Shown here piece by piece: positions 11,760 through 25,387 of a stretch of DNA of 64,000 nt. The notes beneath the pieces were generated by a model. The model was not told the origin of the DNA. It made no database searches and was given only the letters and a program-made list of their open reading frames with translations. Position numbers and translations under genes: made by a program. How positions within the stretch are numbered: position 1 is the stretch's first letter; the number at the start of each line of letters is the position of its first letter. The DNA is from Octopus vulgaris (taxonomy: Eukaryota), in contig OX597819.1 of assembly GCA_951406725.2 (NCBI GenBank), positions 41,044,001 to 41,108,000 of the forward strand. Direction: 5' to 3'.

Positions 11760-13930
11760 CTCTTATGTGAGTTCGTTTCTGTCTGTTTTTTATTTTTGTG
11801 TTATTTGTGTTATACGTTATCTGGATTTGAACTGTTGTCGTTTGACAAACAGTAATTTTCGCCCTACGGGGCAGACATTTTCTGTCAATTTTATTGAAAA
11901 ATTGTGAACTGTTATTCTTTTACTCTTTACGGGTTAGTTTTGGTGAAAATTTTGTTTCAAGTATTTGAAAAAATTATTGTGATGGATTTTGACTTTTCAT
12001 CAGAAAAAGACGTCCCCGAGATGAGAGGGAATTTCAAACGTGAACCAACAGGACACTAAGGCAAAACAAGGTTTTTCAGTTGCAGTGGGCGGCAAAGTTA
12101 CAGAACTAGAATTGACTATGGAGCAGTTGTTCAAGTTTAAAAATTTAATTAAGAAGAGTGGAGCGGATAGGAAATTGTTGCCGCTCCCTGAGACAGTACA
12201 AGCCATTAAGGCAAAAGCAGTGGTGTATAAAGTTTACAACATAAAAGAAAAACGGATTATGGAGGAAAAGAATGAAGAGGTGGAGAAGTGTATGGCACCA
12301 GTGTGGAACAAAGTACGCTACGTTAGCCAAGGAGCAAGAAGTTCCACAATTGAGGCACATTTCGAGTCGGCTAGCGTAGCCAAGGCAGTGTCTACTCAAC
12401 ACGGACCACAAATTTGTGACGTTTGAGGTACGCGTAGATAAATATCATAGACAGGGACCCGGGTACTGGAAGATGAACAAGTCTATTTTGACTTGTAAAG
12501 ACTTCTGTGCCTTGATTAAGGAGTTAGTACAGAGGGCACTATGTGGTGCCATCATTAATAATAGATTGTGGTACGCCCTCAAGAGAGCCATTCGTTTAGA
12601 GTCTATTAGATTTAGCAATCAGCTAAGTTTAGATAGAACTAGAGTAGAAAGGGAATTAGTTAAGAATTTAGGCGAGGTCTGGACTCTGGCTCGGTTTCTA
12701 GAGTGCAGGCGGCGAGAACGGCGTTGTAACGTCAGCTCAAAGCCAAACACGAAGGCAGCAGAGTTAGAGCTAAGTTACGTGCAGTGGTGGTGGTGGGGAG
12801 GTGTCAACATGGCCGGATGGACAAGTCGTGTGGAAAGTCAGAAGGGGCAAAAAAGGCCTGTATGAAGTCTTTAACTGACGAACAGGGACGATAGATCTAT
12901 GGACAGGAAGTGTGTAGAGGACGCTATCAAAGGATACGAGGCGGTGGCAGGGACAAAGTTAACAAGGACAAGTCCACTGGAGGAGCAAGTCGATATCATT
13001 CAGTGTCGTGGGTCACTGGACAGATGGTCCTGTTAAGTTGCTTGGCGTTTGGTTTGGATCGGACTCCTGGACGGAGAAGAATTGGAGCGAGGTGGCAGAC
13101 AAGGTAGAGGCTCCAGTACGGACTTGGTCCGGAAGGGCTCTGTCCTTGAAAGGAAGGGCGGAGGTGGTATAGGTGTTTATTGCATCTGTAATCACCTACC
13201 GCCTGGCCGTTGTCCCTTGCCCCGATTCGTGGCTAAACAAGTTGGAATATCACCTTTCCCGCTTTTTGTGGAAGGGGGAAAGCCGCTTGTGAGGTGCTCC
13301 GTTTGCTGCCAGAAACCGCTAAAGAGTGGGCTGGAGATGCGTTGAGGCTGAGGCATCTCTGGCGTTAGCTGGAAGGTGATAAGGTGTGGAATCCACTGGC
13401 AGAGGAATTCTTTCCGCGACTAGCTTCTTTGGAACGATTTAAGCCCGGTTTCATTAAAAGACGTGATCTGACTGAATGGCAAAAGGAGTGTCGACAGGCA
13501 CCCGTGCTTAATCACAAGACGGTTGTACTGCCAACTGGACTCTCAAAGGAAGGTGAGGTCTGTTTTTTTTTCTGTACAGTTGCTGAAAGAATGTGTGTGG
13601 AAGACTAGAATGCAAGGACTCGTGACGGGATCCTTCATCTCTGGCCCTGGTTTGCTACAATTCTTCAAATATCATCTGAAGAGCAAGATAAGGCTGGAGA
13701 AGAGGATCCTGTCGCGAAGTGTCTTTGAGGAAAGATGGAAGGCTGTGTTAAGAAAGGTGGGTGCAATGTAACCCTACTTAATCTGCATTGGAAAAAAAAG
13801 GAAAGAGGTAGTCGCCGGGTCTTTGAGGCAACCGGGCATAATCCCCTTTCAGTTTCCGTCTACCAAATTTATTTTGTCACACTATCTTTTTTTTCTACCA
13901 GATTATTTCTTTATTTCTTTATTTATTATT
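11760..13930 (+). mobile_element. Internally deleted, degenerate Tx1/L1-clade LINE
   Basis: ORF1 N-terminus (12040-12400) is fused to the end of the endonuclease (TDHKFV..GPGYWKMNKSIL). Post-RT motifs LSLKGRAEV and FLWKG.KPLV follow, then C-terminal FFKYHLK..FEERW. Many frameshifts. Confidence 0.8.
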
Positions 13931-15012
13931 ATTTTTTTTTGAGTAAATACAAGACTGGGGTGTGGCTATTGTGTGCACGAGACAGGAGTTTATAGAAACG
14001 TGCAACAGTGTACACAAGGCGAGGTTTTTATAGAAGTGTGCTAAAGTGTGTGCGAAGCAAATTTTTAAAGGAGTGTATCAGAGAGCACGTGACCGATAAC
14101 TATCAGGGTGTATGGACTGAACCGAATCTAATGCATCAGCCCTTTTGTTATTATATTTCCATTAAATCACGCTACCTTTGTTTTAATTAATTTTGAAAAT
14201 AATGAAGAATTTATTAAAATGACCTTGTCATTTTTAAGCTAGTGTTTAGATTATAAATCAACATGAAATTTTAATCTAAATTACTTTGAAGCAAAAAGTT
14301 TGTATTAGAGAACCAAGAGCGGTTATAGACGCAATGGCGGATAACGTCTTCATAGACGCTGTATGTTCTGTTCTTTATTTAAGGAATTAACAGATGGTCA
14401 ATGTCATCTTAAATTAGGTGCTATGGGTATTGCAGCACTCGGGTCCAGATACAAGCCCATGCTAGAGCGCCATCTAGTGCATGTTTGAAATTTATTGATT
14501 TAATGTTTACATCCGAGGCAATCAAATCGACAATTTAGTTCTGTTTGTCCTGTACCACAATATTACCAGATTTACGTGGTTATTGTTACATAACACGAGC
14601 TAGTATTTAAGCTTCAATACGACTTACACACACACAGACACAGGCGCACACAGACACACGCACACACATGTATATACATATGCATACACGCACAGACAGT
14701 AACAGCCGCAACGTAAGTAGTTTCCATGATATCACAAAAACATATAAACTAGCAAATATCATACGGACATACAGACATGCATACATACAATCGTACACAT
14801 ACACAAATATATATAAACGTTGGATAAGTGTCAAATCATTACAGCTGTTTCCAACGCATTTTAAATAGTTTAATGAATTCATCACAACAAAAAAAAAAAA
14901 AAACGTTTTTATCGGATGATACATGGCATTTCAAACATTAGAACAACCCATGACTACGGTAGGACCAACAACCTGATTCCAACCATATGTGTGTGTGTGT
15001 TTGTATGTGTGT

Positions 15013-15056
<44 letters not shown>

Positions 15057-15144
15057 GTGTTTATAATGGGCGGGAAACCCGGGGTAATTCCATAAACCGG
15101 CCTTCCCCGTTAAAATATACACTGCTCTACATCTACATCTATAA

Positions 15145-15455
15145 TTTGCATTATTATATCTGACACTCGGCTCTGAGGTCAAACTTGCCTTTCATTCCTC
15201 AGTGGTCGACAAAATAAACGCTATTCAAGAACGGGTCAGTGTAATTAACTACCCCCCCTCCATTCAATTTCTCACCTTATGTCTATACTTTTCAAACTGT
15301 AGTACAAGGCCATCGATTTGAGAGCAGGGGGAAAGACGATTGCAACGGGCCCAGTAATTGACTGATACTTTATTTTATCGATACTGAAATGATGAAAAAC
15401 AAATTCGATCTCGGCGGAATAAGAACCCTTTCTACTATAGGCACAAGGCCTAAAA
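15145..15455 (+). repeat. Local dispersed duplication of 19457-19737
   Basis: Near-identical composite of decayed SINE pieces (tttgcattattatatctgacactcggctctgagg ... ggcacaaggcctaaaa). Confidence 0.9.
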
Positions 15456-15609
15456 GAGTGTGTTTCTTCTCCGGATACAAATATATATATAACGGCAAAA
15501 TGTCTGCGTGTGTGTCCTTTATACAAATCCACAATTTTTCAGTTAGAGGGCTCGCACTTTCTATGGTCATTCAAAACCGTCCAAGGGTGGTCGTGCACAT
15601 CTTTACATT

Positions 15610-15620
15610 TCCCCAGTCAC

Positions 15621-15671
<51 letters not shown>

Positions 15672-15838
15672 CAAAAGGTATGATTATGTTAGATTGGACA
15701 AAGCAGGCAAGTGTTCTTAACTTCATGCATAAACATATATATACAATATAGTCAAACACGCATATATGGAAGCTATAAAACACATAGCATACAATATGGC
15801 CAAACGCTTAAAAGGTTAGCATTGCAATCCCCAGTCAC

Positions 15839-15916
<78 letters not shown>

Positions 15917-16072
15917 AAAGGTATGATTATGTTAGATTGGACAAAGCAGGCAAGTGTTCTTAACTTCATGCATAAACATATATATACAATATAGTCAAGC
16001 ACGCATATATGGAAGCTATAAAACACATAGCATACAATATGGCCAAACGCTTAAAAGGTTAGCATTGCAATC
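15610..16072 (+). repeat. Two-copy tandem duplication containing (TA)n
   Basis: Units 15610-15827 and 15828-16072 are identical apart from TA length and 1-2 bases. Confidence 0.95.
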
Positions 16073-16624
16073 ACGAGGTCCTAAGTTCAATTCTAATACA
16101 TGGCGTTTGGGGCAATTTTACAGTTGCCTTCGGTTGATCCAGACCTTGAGAATAAAATCGAGTGGACGGAAACTGTGGAGAAGCCCGCCGGATGATTCTA
16201 CATTAATTTAAAAGTCCGCCAGCCTTTTCACATAGTTTACCACACTGGTTCTATCCGAGAATTACATTATAATTAAATGTATTTCCGGAATACTCAACCA
16301 CTTACACGTTAAGGCATTCAATAAGCAAGTAATGTAGTCAATTGTTAACCGAATACTCATCTGGGAAACTGAAGGACATGCATTTATTTTATATATAACA
16401 TGTATATGTCCGTGAGGGTGCACGCATACACGCGTGTATTTGCAAGCGTGTGCGTATATATGTATGCATGAATGCATGTATGTACATATCTCTGTATCTC
16501 TTGTCTTTCTCTCTCATTTTATATATATATGTGTGTGTGTGTGTGTGTATACATACATACATACATACATAATACATACATACATACATACATACATACA
16601 TACATACATACATACATACATACA

Positions 16625-17028
16625 GAGTGGCTGTGTGGTAAGTAGCTTGCTTACCAACCACATGGTTCCGGGTTCAGTCCCACTGCGTGGCACCTTGGGC
16701 AAGTGTCTTCTACTATAGCCTCGGGCCGACCAAAGTCTTGTGAGTGGATTTGGTAGACGGAAACTGAAAGAAGCCCGTCGTATATATGTATATATATATG
16801 TGTGTGCGTGCGTGTATGTTTGTGTGTCTGTGTTTGTCCTCCTAGCATTGCTTGACAACCGATGCTGGTGTGTTTATGTCCCCGTCACCTAGCGGTTCGG
16901 CAATAGAGATCGATAGAATAAGTACTGGGCTTACAAAGAATAAGTCCCGGGGTCGAGTTGCTCGACTAAAGGCGGTGCTCCAGCATGGCCGCAGTCAACT
17001 GACTGAAACAAGTAAAAGAGTAAAAGAG
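16625..17028 (+). mobile_element. SINE family B, near full length
   Basis: tRNA-like head (tggctgtgtggtaag..ggttcagtccc), internal (TA/TG)n and (gtaaaaga)n tail. Matches 43215-43685. Confidence 0.9.
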
Positions 17029-17456
17029 TATACATACATACATACATGCATACATATAGGTTAGTGACGTTCTGATAAAGAATTTACATCTTTCTTTTTA
17101 AAAAATAATTTCAAAAATATCTTTTTTTAAAAAACTATATCAAGTAATTTTCTAAGACTTTTAAATATGCGTGTGTGTGTGTGTGTGTGTATGTGTGTGT
17201 GTGTGTGTGAGTGTGATATACATATAACATGTATGTATGTGTGTATGTTTGCATAAAAGACATACAGAGTAACTATGACTCACAGTCACATTACATTTCT
17301 TCTCTCCAATAAAAATTTTGTACTCTTCTATATTGGTATTCAATCAGCTTTTCAATTAATGTCTGTCTGTCGGCATGGATATATACTTTATATCCATAAT
17401 ATATAGATTTAAATTATTCACACACATACACACACACACACACACACACGTATGTA

Positions 17457-17509
<53 letters not shown>

Positions 17510-17753
17510 ATATAGATATATATAATTTAAACAGAAATAAGATGAGATAATTCAAAGTATCCAGCGGCATGTATTTGAACAGCATAAATAAATACTGAAA
17601 TATCAAATACCATACAACATGAATTCTTGATTTATTAAAATCATTCCCGCCACAAAAATATGTATTATAATTACCAAACGACAATTAAGACCAGCTCCAC
17701 ATATATACATACTCACACACACTCATTTTGGTATCCATTATTTATGTTTGTGG

Positions 17754-17809
<56 letters not shown>

Positions 17810-18316
17810 CCAAGGTTGCGTTGCATTCCGTTAATTAATAGGTTAAGACATTTTAAAAAAATTATAGTAAATGCACAGACGAAAACGAGATTCAGAATGA
17901 CAATTTAAAAAACACATAGTACATGCACAGACGGACATAAAACAGACAAAAAAGGTCCCCGAAATTACATTAGACCCAAGATGACTATTAAGAACTGGGG
18001 ACCTACTGAGTCTGTTTTCCGTTCGTCTATACCTGTACTATAAACTTTTTAACTTGCTATTCTATGTCTGCTTTCCTTTTTACATTTTGTATACATTTAA
18101 AAAATGTTCCAACTTATGTATATCCTACTTATCCCATTATATATATATATATATACGCACACCGACATACATCATACTAAATGTATAATAGTTATATATA
18201 TTTTGTGCAAACATGTAAATATTAATTATACGAATGTGTACAATACATTCGTGCGCGCGGCACTATATAATAATTAGGAGTTGTTCAATGCTATATTTAC
18301 CTGCAAAACAATATAG

Positions 18317-18559
18317 ATGTATGTATGTATGTATGTATGTATGTATGTATGTATGTATGTATGTATGTATGTATGTGTGTATGTATGTATGTTTGTATGT
18401 ATGTGTGTATGTATGTATGTATGTATGTATGTATGTTTGTATGTATGTATGTATGTTTGTATGTATGTGTGTGTATGTGTGTATGTATGTATGCATGTAT
18501 GTATGTTTGTATTTATGTATGCATGTATGTATGTATGTATGTATGTATGTATGTATGTA

Positions 18560-18596
<37 letters not shown>

Positions 18597-18640
18597 ATGT
18601 ATGTATGTATGTATGTATGCATGCATTCATGTATGTATAG
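18317..18640. repeat. (TATG)n/(TG)n microsatellite
   Basis: Direct reading. Confidence 0.95.
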
Positions 18641-18747
18641 ATTACAATCATCAATACAATAAACCGAGATTTCATGCGTATGAATGGTAAACATTCTCAG
18701 ACAGCTGCATGCCCTTACTTTCACGAGAAACTTATATTCAGGAAGTA

Positions 18748-18972
18748 TTCAAAGGCGGCGAGCTGGCAGAAACGTTAGCACGCCGGGCGAAATGCGTAGC
18801 CGTATTTCGTCTGCAGTTCAAATTCCGCCGAGGTCGACTTTGCCTTTCATCCTTTCGGGGTCGATAAATTAAGTACCATTTACGCACTGGGGTCGATGTA
18901 ATCGACTTAATCCGTTTGTCTGTCCTTGTTTGTCCCCTCTGTGTTTAGCCCCTTGTGGGTAGTAAAGAAATA
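18748..18972 (+). mobile_element. SINE family A with 15-bp TSD
   Basis: TSD tatattcaggaagta at 18733-18747 and 18973-18987. Head ggcggcgagctggcagaa, B-box gttcaaattcc, tail ending gtagtaaagaaata. Confidence 0.93.
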
Positions 18973-19044
18973 TATATTCAGGAAGTAAATCTCATTATTT
19001 CGATTTTTATTAATATGTATAGATCTAGATTTGTGTTGCGAAAA

Positions 19045-20120
19045 AGGTAGAGAGCCGGCAGAATCGTTGGCACGACGGACAAAATGTTTACGCGGCATTT
19101 CGTCAGCTTTACGTTCTGAGTTCAAATTTCTCCGAGGTCGACTTTGCCTTTCATTCTTTCAATGTCAACTAAAAAAAGTGCCACCCCACATTTCAGGCCT
19201 TGTGCCTTTAACAGAATGGAGTAATATATCAGCGAAAGGCAGTGAGCTGGCAGAGTCATTAAAGTGGCGGGAAAAATGTTTTGCGGCATTTGTTCTGGTG
19301 GTTTTAAGTTCTGAGTTCGTATACTGCCGAGATCGATAAACTAAGCACCGGTGGAGCACTAGAGTTGATGTAATTGACAACCCACTTTTCCTAAAATTGA
19401 TGGCATTATATCAAATCGGCGAATTGTGAAAGTCGTTAGGATGCCGGATATAATGCTTTGCATTATTATATCTGACACTCGGCTCTGAGGTCAAACTTGC
19501 CTTTCATCCCTCAGTGGTCGACAAAATAAATACTGTTCAAGAACGGGTCAGTGTAATTAACTAACCCCCACTATTCAATTTCTCACCTTATGTCTATATT
19601 TTTCAAACTGTGTTAAAGATGATTGTAATGGGCCCAGTAACTGACTGATACTTTATTTTATCGATACTGAAAGATGAAAAACAAATTCGATCTCGGCGGA
19701 ATAAGAACCCTTTCTACTATAGGCACAAGGCCTAAAATTTAAGGGGAAGAAACAAGTCGATTACATCGATCTCAGCATTTGACTGGTAGTTATTTTATCG
19801 ACCCCCAAAGAATGAAAGGAAAAAGTCGACCTCGGCGGAATTTGAACTTAGAATGAAATGTCGCTAAGCATTTTGTCCAGCGTGCTAACGATTCTGCCAC
19901 CTCGTCAACTTAATAATCTTTTCTACTCTAGGCACAAGGTCCGAAATTTTTGGGGAGGGGGCCAGTCGATTAGATCGACCCCAGTACGCAACCGGTGCTT
20001 AATTTATTGATTCCGAAAGGTTGAAAGGCGAAGTCGACCTCGGCGGAATTTGAACTTAGAATGGAATGCCGCTAAGCATTTTGCCCAGCGTGCTAACGAC
20101 TCTGCCAGCTCGCCAACTTA
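19045..20120. mobile_element. Dense cluster of SINE family A fragments in both orientations
   Basis: At least five cores; + strand to ~19600, - strand thereafter. Confidence 0.85.
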
Positions 20121-20126
20121 ATAATA

Positions 20127-20185
<59 letters not shown>

Positions 20186-21172
20186 ATTTGTTATTATTTA
20201 AGTACTTAATTTTAAGTTTAAATTTTATTTTTACTCAAGAAATCTTTGCTTTTTTTTTCTTGTTTACGAGATCTATAGAACCAGTATCGATAGTTTAACG
20301 ACTACATATCAATGAACGATTACCGTCAATGGAAAGTTGATGATTCTCTCCTGCTGAACAATCAATAAATGTGTACGTCTTATAATTACTACACGGCACT
20401 GCAGCTGTGTCGATGCTAGAATACAGACCGATAAACAGACACACACACATAAACAAACAAAGATACGGGCGCGCGCAAATACTCATGGATATACACACGC
20501 GTAAATATGTATGTATATTGTACACACACACACACATACTATATATATAATACAAACGCGCACACGCACATATAATATATGTATAGTACTCATACATACG
20601 TATATTTATATATGCGTTTAGAGTCACAATTTGCCTGAAGATACCGTGCGCCTACAGGTTAAACACTACGTAGCAACAGGCTGGCTCGTCCAAAATAATA
20701 TCTATCTACCTATCTATCTGTCGACCTGTCTGTCTATCTCTCTGTTTGTCTGTCTCTCTCACTCTCTCCACACACACACAGACACACACACACATACACA
20801 CGCACCGTAGTTATCGCTGTATAAAGACGTCGTTTCTTACCCCATAACTTGAACAAGAAGGCATAGGACAATTCATTTAAATTTATTTATAACAATAGAA
20901 GCATTATTTTTCTTTTAAAAACATAACTCTTTATAATACCCACTAAAATATATAAAAGTTAATACATGTTTAATGCGGAGTACAATATGGCCGTTTTAGT
21001 TTTTGGAGAATTTGAGGCCCAATTGTTCGACAAACAAAATATAGTTTTTAAGTGCTTGTCTTGGATTTCATATGTGATTGACCAATCATAGTGCTTAATG
21101 CCATTAGCGTTGGTAATCACCAAATCGGTGTTTCTATTGTTTGGTTACTCGACAACCTGTCACGTACTTACC

Positions 21173-21571
21173 TATTTCTTTACTACCCACAAGGGGCTAA
21201 ACATAGAGGGGACAAACAAGGATAGACAAAGGGGTTAAGTCGATTACATCGACCCCAGTGCGTAACTGGTACTTAATTTATCGACCCCGAAAGGATGAAA
21301 GGCAAAGTCGACCTCGGCGGAATTTGAACTCAGAACGTAACGGCAGACGAAATAACTATTTCTTTACTACCCACAAGGGGCTAAACACAAAGGGGACAAA
21401 CAAGGACAGACAAACGGATTAAGTGGATTACATCGACCCCAGTACGTAAATGGTACTTAATTTATCGACCCCGAAAGGATGAAAGGCAAAGTCGACCTCG
21501 GCGGAATTTGAACTCAGAACGTAACGCATTTCGCCCGGCGTGCTAACGTTTCTGCCAGCTCGCCACCTCTG
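21173..21571 (-). mobile_element. Tandem dimer of SINE family A inside a single 17-bp TSD
   Basis: cctgtcacgtacttacc at 21156-21172 and 21572-21588; two tail+core units lie between them. Confidence 0.92.
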
Positions 21572-21619
21572 CCTGTCACGTACTTACCGTCAAGCTGGAT
21601 GTATAACTGAAAGCCGAAG

Positions 21620-23090
21620 TACCGTATTTTTAACATAAAATGCAAAGTGGTTTATTTCTTTATTTTTTGTTGTATTTTCACCCCATCTCGATGTTTAAAA
21701 AATAGAACTAACTGTCATTTACAGTTAAATCCATATTTTGTGTAAGTATCCAAATAAATAAATAAATAAATAAATAGAGCTGCCGAAAAGCATTTTGGTC
21801 CTGCACAAACAAAAATGATGCGTTGTTGATGTGATCAAGAAAAGAAATTGAAACTTATTTAAGGTGATAAATGCTATTTCCAAGGAAAACAAATTGGTAA
21901 TATCTCAGAAATAAGCTATAAACTGGCTTGTAGATCATGGAAAGCAAGGATTACCCTTGCTACAGATATGATCATTTTTGAAGCAAAGAAAATTGCATGT
22001 GATAATAGTTTAAGAAGCCTTTACTGGCCATATATCGCGATGTAATTGGTTGGTGAAACACAAAGGCCTGGTTATGAGAACCAAAATAAAAATTGTTCAA
22101 AGAATGTCCGATAAGTTTGAGATGAAAATGTGTGCATTTCACAAATATATTATACAGTTAAGAAAAGAAATTTCATTTGAATTGTCTCAAGTAACAAACG
22201 TGTATGAAATCGTTCGAAGCAATTGAACAACTGATATAAAATTTTTACTGTGAAGACAACTGGATATGAAAAATCGCATCATTCAGTGGTGTCAGCATGT
22301 TGTGTAGATCCGTCTGTTAATCTTTAAAAGGAAAATAATACTCAAAGAAATGTTTTCCTGGAATGACTGAAAAGAGAAGGATGGATGAAGGCGGAATACC
22401 ACTTTGGTTTGAAAACATTTGGTTGAAATGTCCTGAAGGGTTATTAAAAACGCCTTCTCTCCTCAACAGAGATTACATTAGAGCTCATGAGACAAAAAGC
22501 TAATAAGTTAAAAACACAACTGGCTATTATACCCGGGGCTTTAACAAGCCAACGACAACCTATTGATGATTTTTTAACGAATCCTTTACGACTTTAATGA
22601 GAGAGGATTAGAACAATTGGGTGTAGCAGCAAGATTTTGCTACAAACTCTGCCGGACGAAGGAAATGACCGATTCTTGCTCAGGTGTGCATGTGGGTAAA
22701 GAATTCATGGGGAAAAATAAGAAATGATATAGCGATTAAGTCATTTAAGAAATGTGACATTAGTAATGCAATGGATGGGACCAAGGGTTACATTCTCTTT
22801 GATTTATAATATTGGTGTCTCATTCTTTTCGAAGCAAAAATGAAAGCATTGAGGATCTCGTAGGTTTAGAACCAGTTTAAATAAAAGTAACCCCACTATT
22901 TTTTTATGGCAACTTTCGTATTTTGATGTTTTGAACTCCTTTCTATTTGGGACAATTTAGACTAACTTTTTAAGTATCAAATTGAAGTTTTGTATTTTAT
23001 TTAGGGACACTTTTTCGAATATGATCTTGATTTCTACCCAAAACTTCGTCTTCAAAAGTAAAGGTGCATCGTCTTATATTTAGAAAACAC
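21620..23090 (+). pseudogene. Degenerate pogo/Tigger-like (CENP-B HTH + DDE_1) DNA transposon
   Basis: Frame-broken translation gives IFEAKKIA, AFHKYIIQLRKE..FELSQ, VKTTGYEK, LIFKRK, WFENIW, RAH, LAIIPGALTSQ.QPID and KSFKKC.ISNAMDGT. TIR-like taccgtattt at 21620 and gtcttatatttagaaaa near 23070. Confidence 0.82.
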
Positions 23091-23110
23091 ACACACACGT
23101 AAATATATAC

Positions 23111-23169
<59 letters not shown>

Positions 23170-23319
23170 CATACATACATACATACATACATACATACAT
23201 ACATACATACATACATACATACTTACGCATATACATATATTTACATATATGCATACATATGTACATACTTATGTATGTGTGTGTGCACCTGTAATATATA
23301 TCTATATTGCACATCTCCA

Positions 23320-23530
23320 AAGCGGCCAGATGGCAGAATCGTTAGCACGCCGGACAAAATGCTTAGCATCTTTTCGTCCGCCTTTATGTTCTGAGTTCTA
23401 ATTCTGCCGAGGTCGATTTTACTTTTCATCCCTTCGAGGTCGATAAAATAAATACCAGTTGAGCACTGGGTTTGATGTAATTGACTTAACCTCATCCCGG
23501 AAATTTCTGTTCTTGTGCCAAAATTTGAAA
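23320..23530 (+). mobile_element. SINE family A copy
   Basis: Head and core as at 18748; alternative tail ttgtgccaaaatttgaaac. Confidence 0.85.
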
Positions 23531-23791
23531 CCTAAAGTGCGCATCTCCAGAGATAAAGAAGATAGGAAAGAATAAGGAAAGAAAAGATGAAGTATGTGGA
23601 TTACATATTTTAGAAGGAAAAAGTTAATAGAAGTAACAGAAAATTGCTAAAGATTAGAGAACGTGAGAGAAAAAGACTCTGTAGTGGTGGGTAATAGATT
23701 ACAAACCACACCCAAACAAAAACTTATACAGAACTATATGCATTCAGTAACAGATTTACACACCGCAACCAAACACACGTTTTAACATGCA

Positions 23792-24006
23792 CGAGTGGGG
23801 TGCTGAAAAGTTTCTGGCTTTGGGTAAAAGAAAATACAGGAGGATCAGTTATGATTTTACTCAACATATTCTCCTCTCAGTTTCACACACTTATTGCAGC
23901 GCTCCTTCAGTTTTTTTTAAAACCCTGAAAAGAACTCGGAAGTTTGGGCTTCTAGCCAGGCCTTTCGCGATGCCTTTGAAGCCAGGAACTTTCCAGCAGC
24001 CCCTCG
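23792..24006. mobile_element. Mariner-type MITE
   Basis: ~28-bp imperfect TIRs cgagtggggtgctgaaaagtttctggctt / aagccaggaactttccagcagcccctcg; the right end is followed by TA. Confidence 0.8.
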
Positions 24007-25353
24007 TACATACAAAAACAGAACTATTCACACGGTGCTATTCCTTCCCCTACCAAACTCACACAATGAACCAATGTAATTTGATGCAAGTATATATGTG
24101 ACATGCACGAAGGAACTTCATTTTACAAATTACATTATATTTCACAAATTCAAATGATAATTCAAAGTTTGCTTACCGACCACTTAAAATCAGAAAAAAA
24201 AGCATATGGTAAAAATGTAATTAAAATACTGGTGTCTAATTTAAGCACAAAAGGCCATGAGCTGGCAGCATCATCAACATACCAGATCAAATGTTAAGTG
24301 GCATTTAATCTGACTCTTTTTGTTCTGAGTTTAAATCCCGCCGAGGCTAATTTTGCTTGCATTCCTTCGGGAATCGATAAAATAAATTATTATTTAAGTT
24401 ACTGGAATCGATGTAATCGACTTACTTCTACTCCTAAAAAAATTACTAGCCTTGTACTCTTGCAACGGACCGGTGTCCCATTCGACGAACGTTGATCTCG
24501 GCCCCTTATTCGGCATGGAAATCAGGACCCGAGGAATATAATAAAAGGCCTGTGCTTTTGAGTGGAGAAGGCTTGTTAATGCATCGACATCAGTAATTGG
24601 CAGGTACCTCTTTATCAACCCCGGAGGCATGAAAATCAAAGTTGACCTCGGTTCAATTTGAACTCAGAAAGCAAAGAGTATGGAGAAAATCCGTTGACAT
24701 TTCGTGCGACGCACTAACGACTCTACAAACTTAATATAACAGCTCAGTCTTTAACATCCGTATGGTTTCAAATTTTGGCACAAGGCCAACAATGTCGGGT
24801 TGGGGAGTAAGACGTTTACATCGATCTCAGGACTCAAATGGTACTTATTTTATCGATCCTGAAAAGAAGAAAGGCAAAGTCGACCCCGGTGGAATTTGAA
24901 TACAGAACTAAAGACGGACGACATGTCATTAAGCATTTTATCCGGCTCGTTGCTTTTGCGATATTTCTAATAATGAAAAAAAAAATCAGAAAAAGTCAGT
25001 GTCCTCCAGAAAAATCAATACCATCTTATTATAGAGTAATCAGCTGAAAATACCTGGGTATTTGCTTAAGGATATCCCTAATCTATCACTTTCTTTTTCT
25101 TTCGTACGTTTTTCTTTTTTAAACTGGGTCACGAAAGTCTTCCTACAACTATTTTTTCCTCTGTGACAAGAATGGACTTGAATTTAAAAAAACGCCAGTA
25201 TAAATACATACAAACATACAATACACACTGAAAACTGATATATGATCTCAGTAAAGTCCTATGCAATTAGCGAAGTAGTTATATTTTATATCACCAATTG
25301 GCACAGCTATACACTTCATTAATCTTTGTTTACAGCAATGCCAGAAGTTTGTA

Positions 25354-25387
<34 letters not shown>

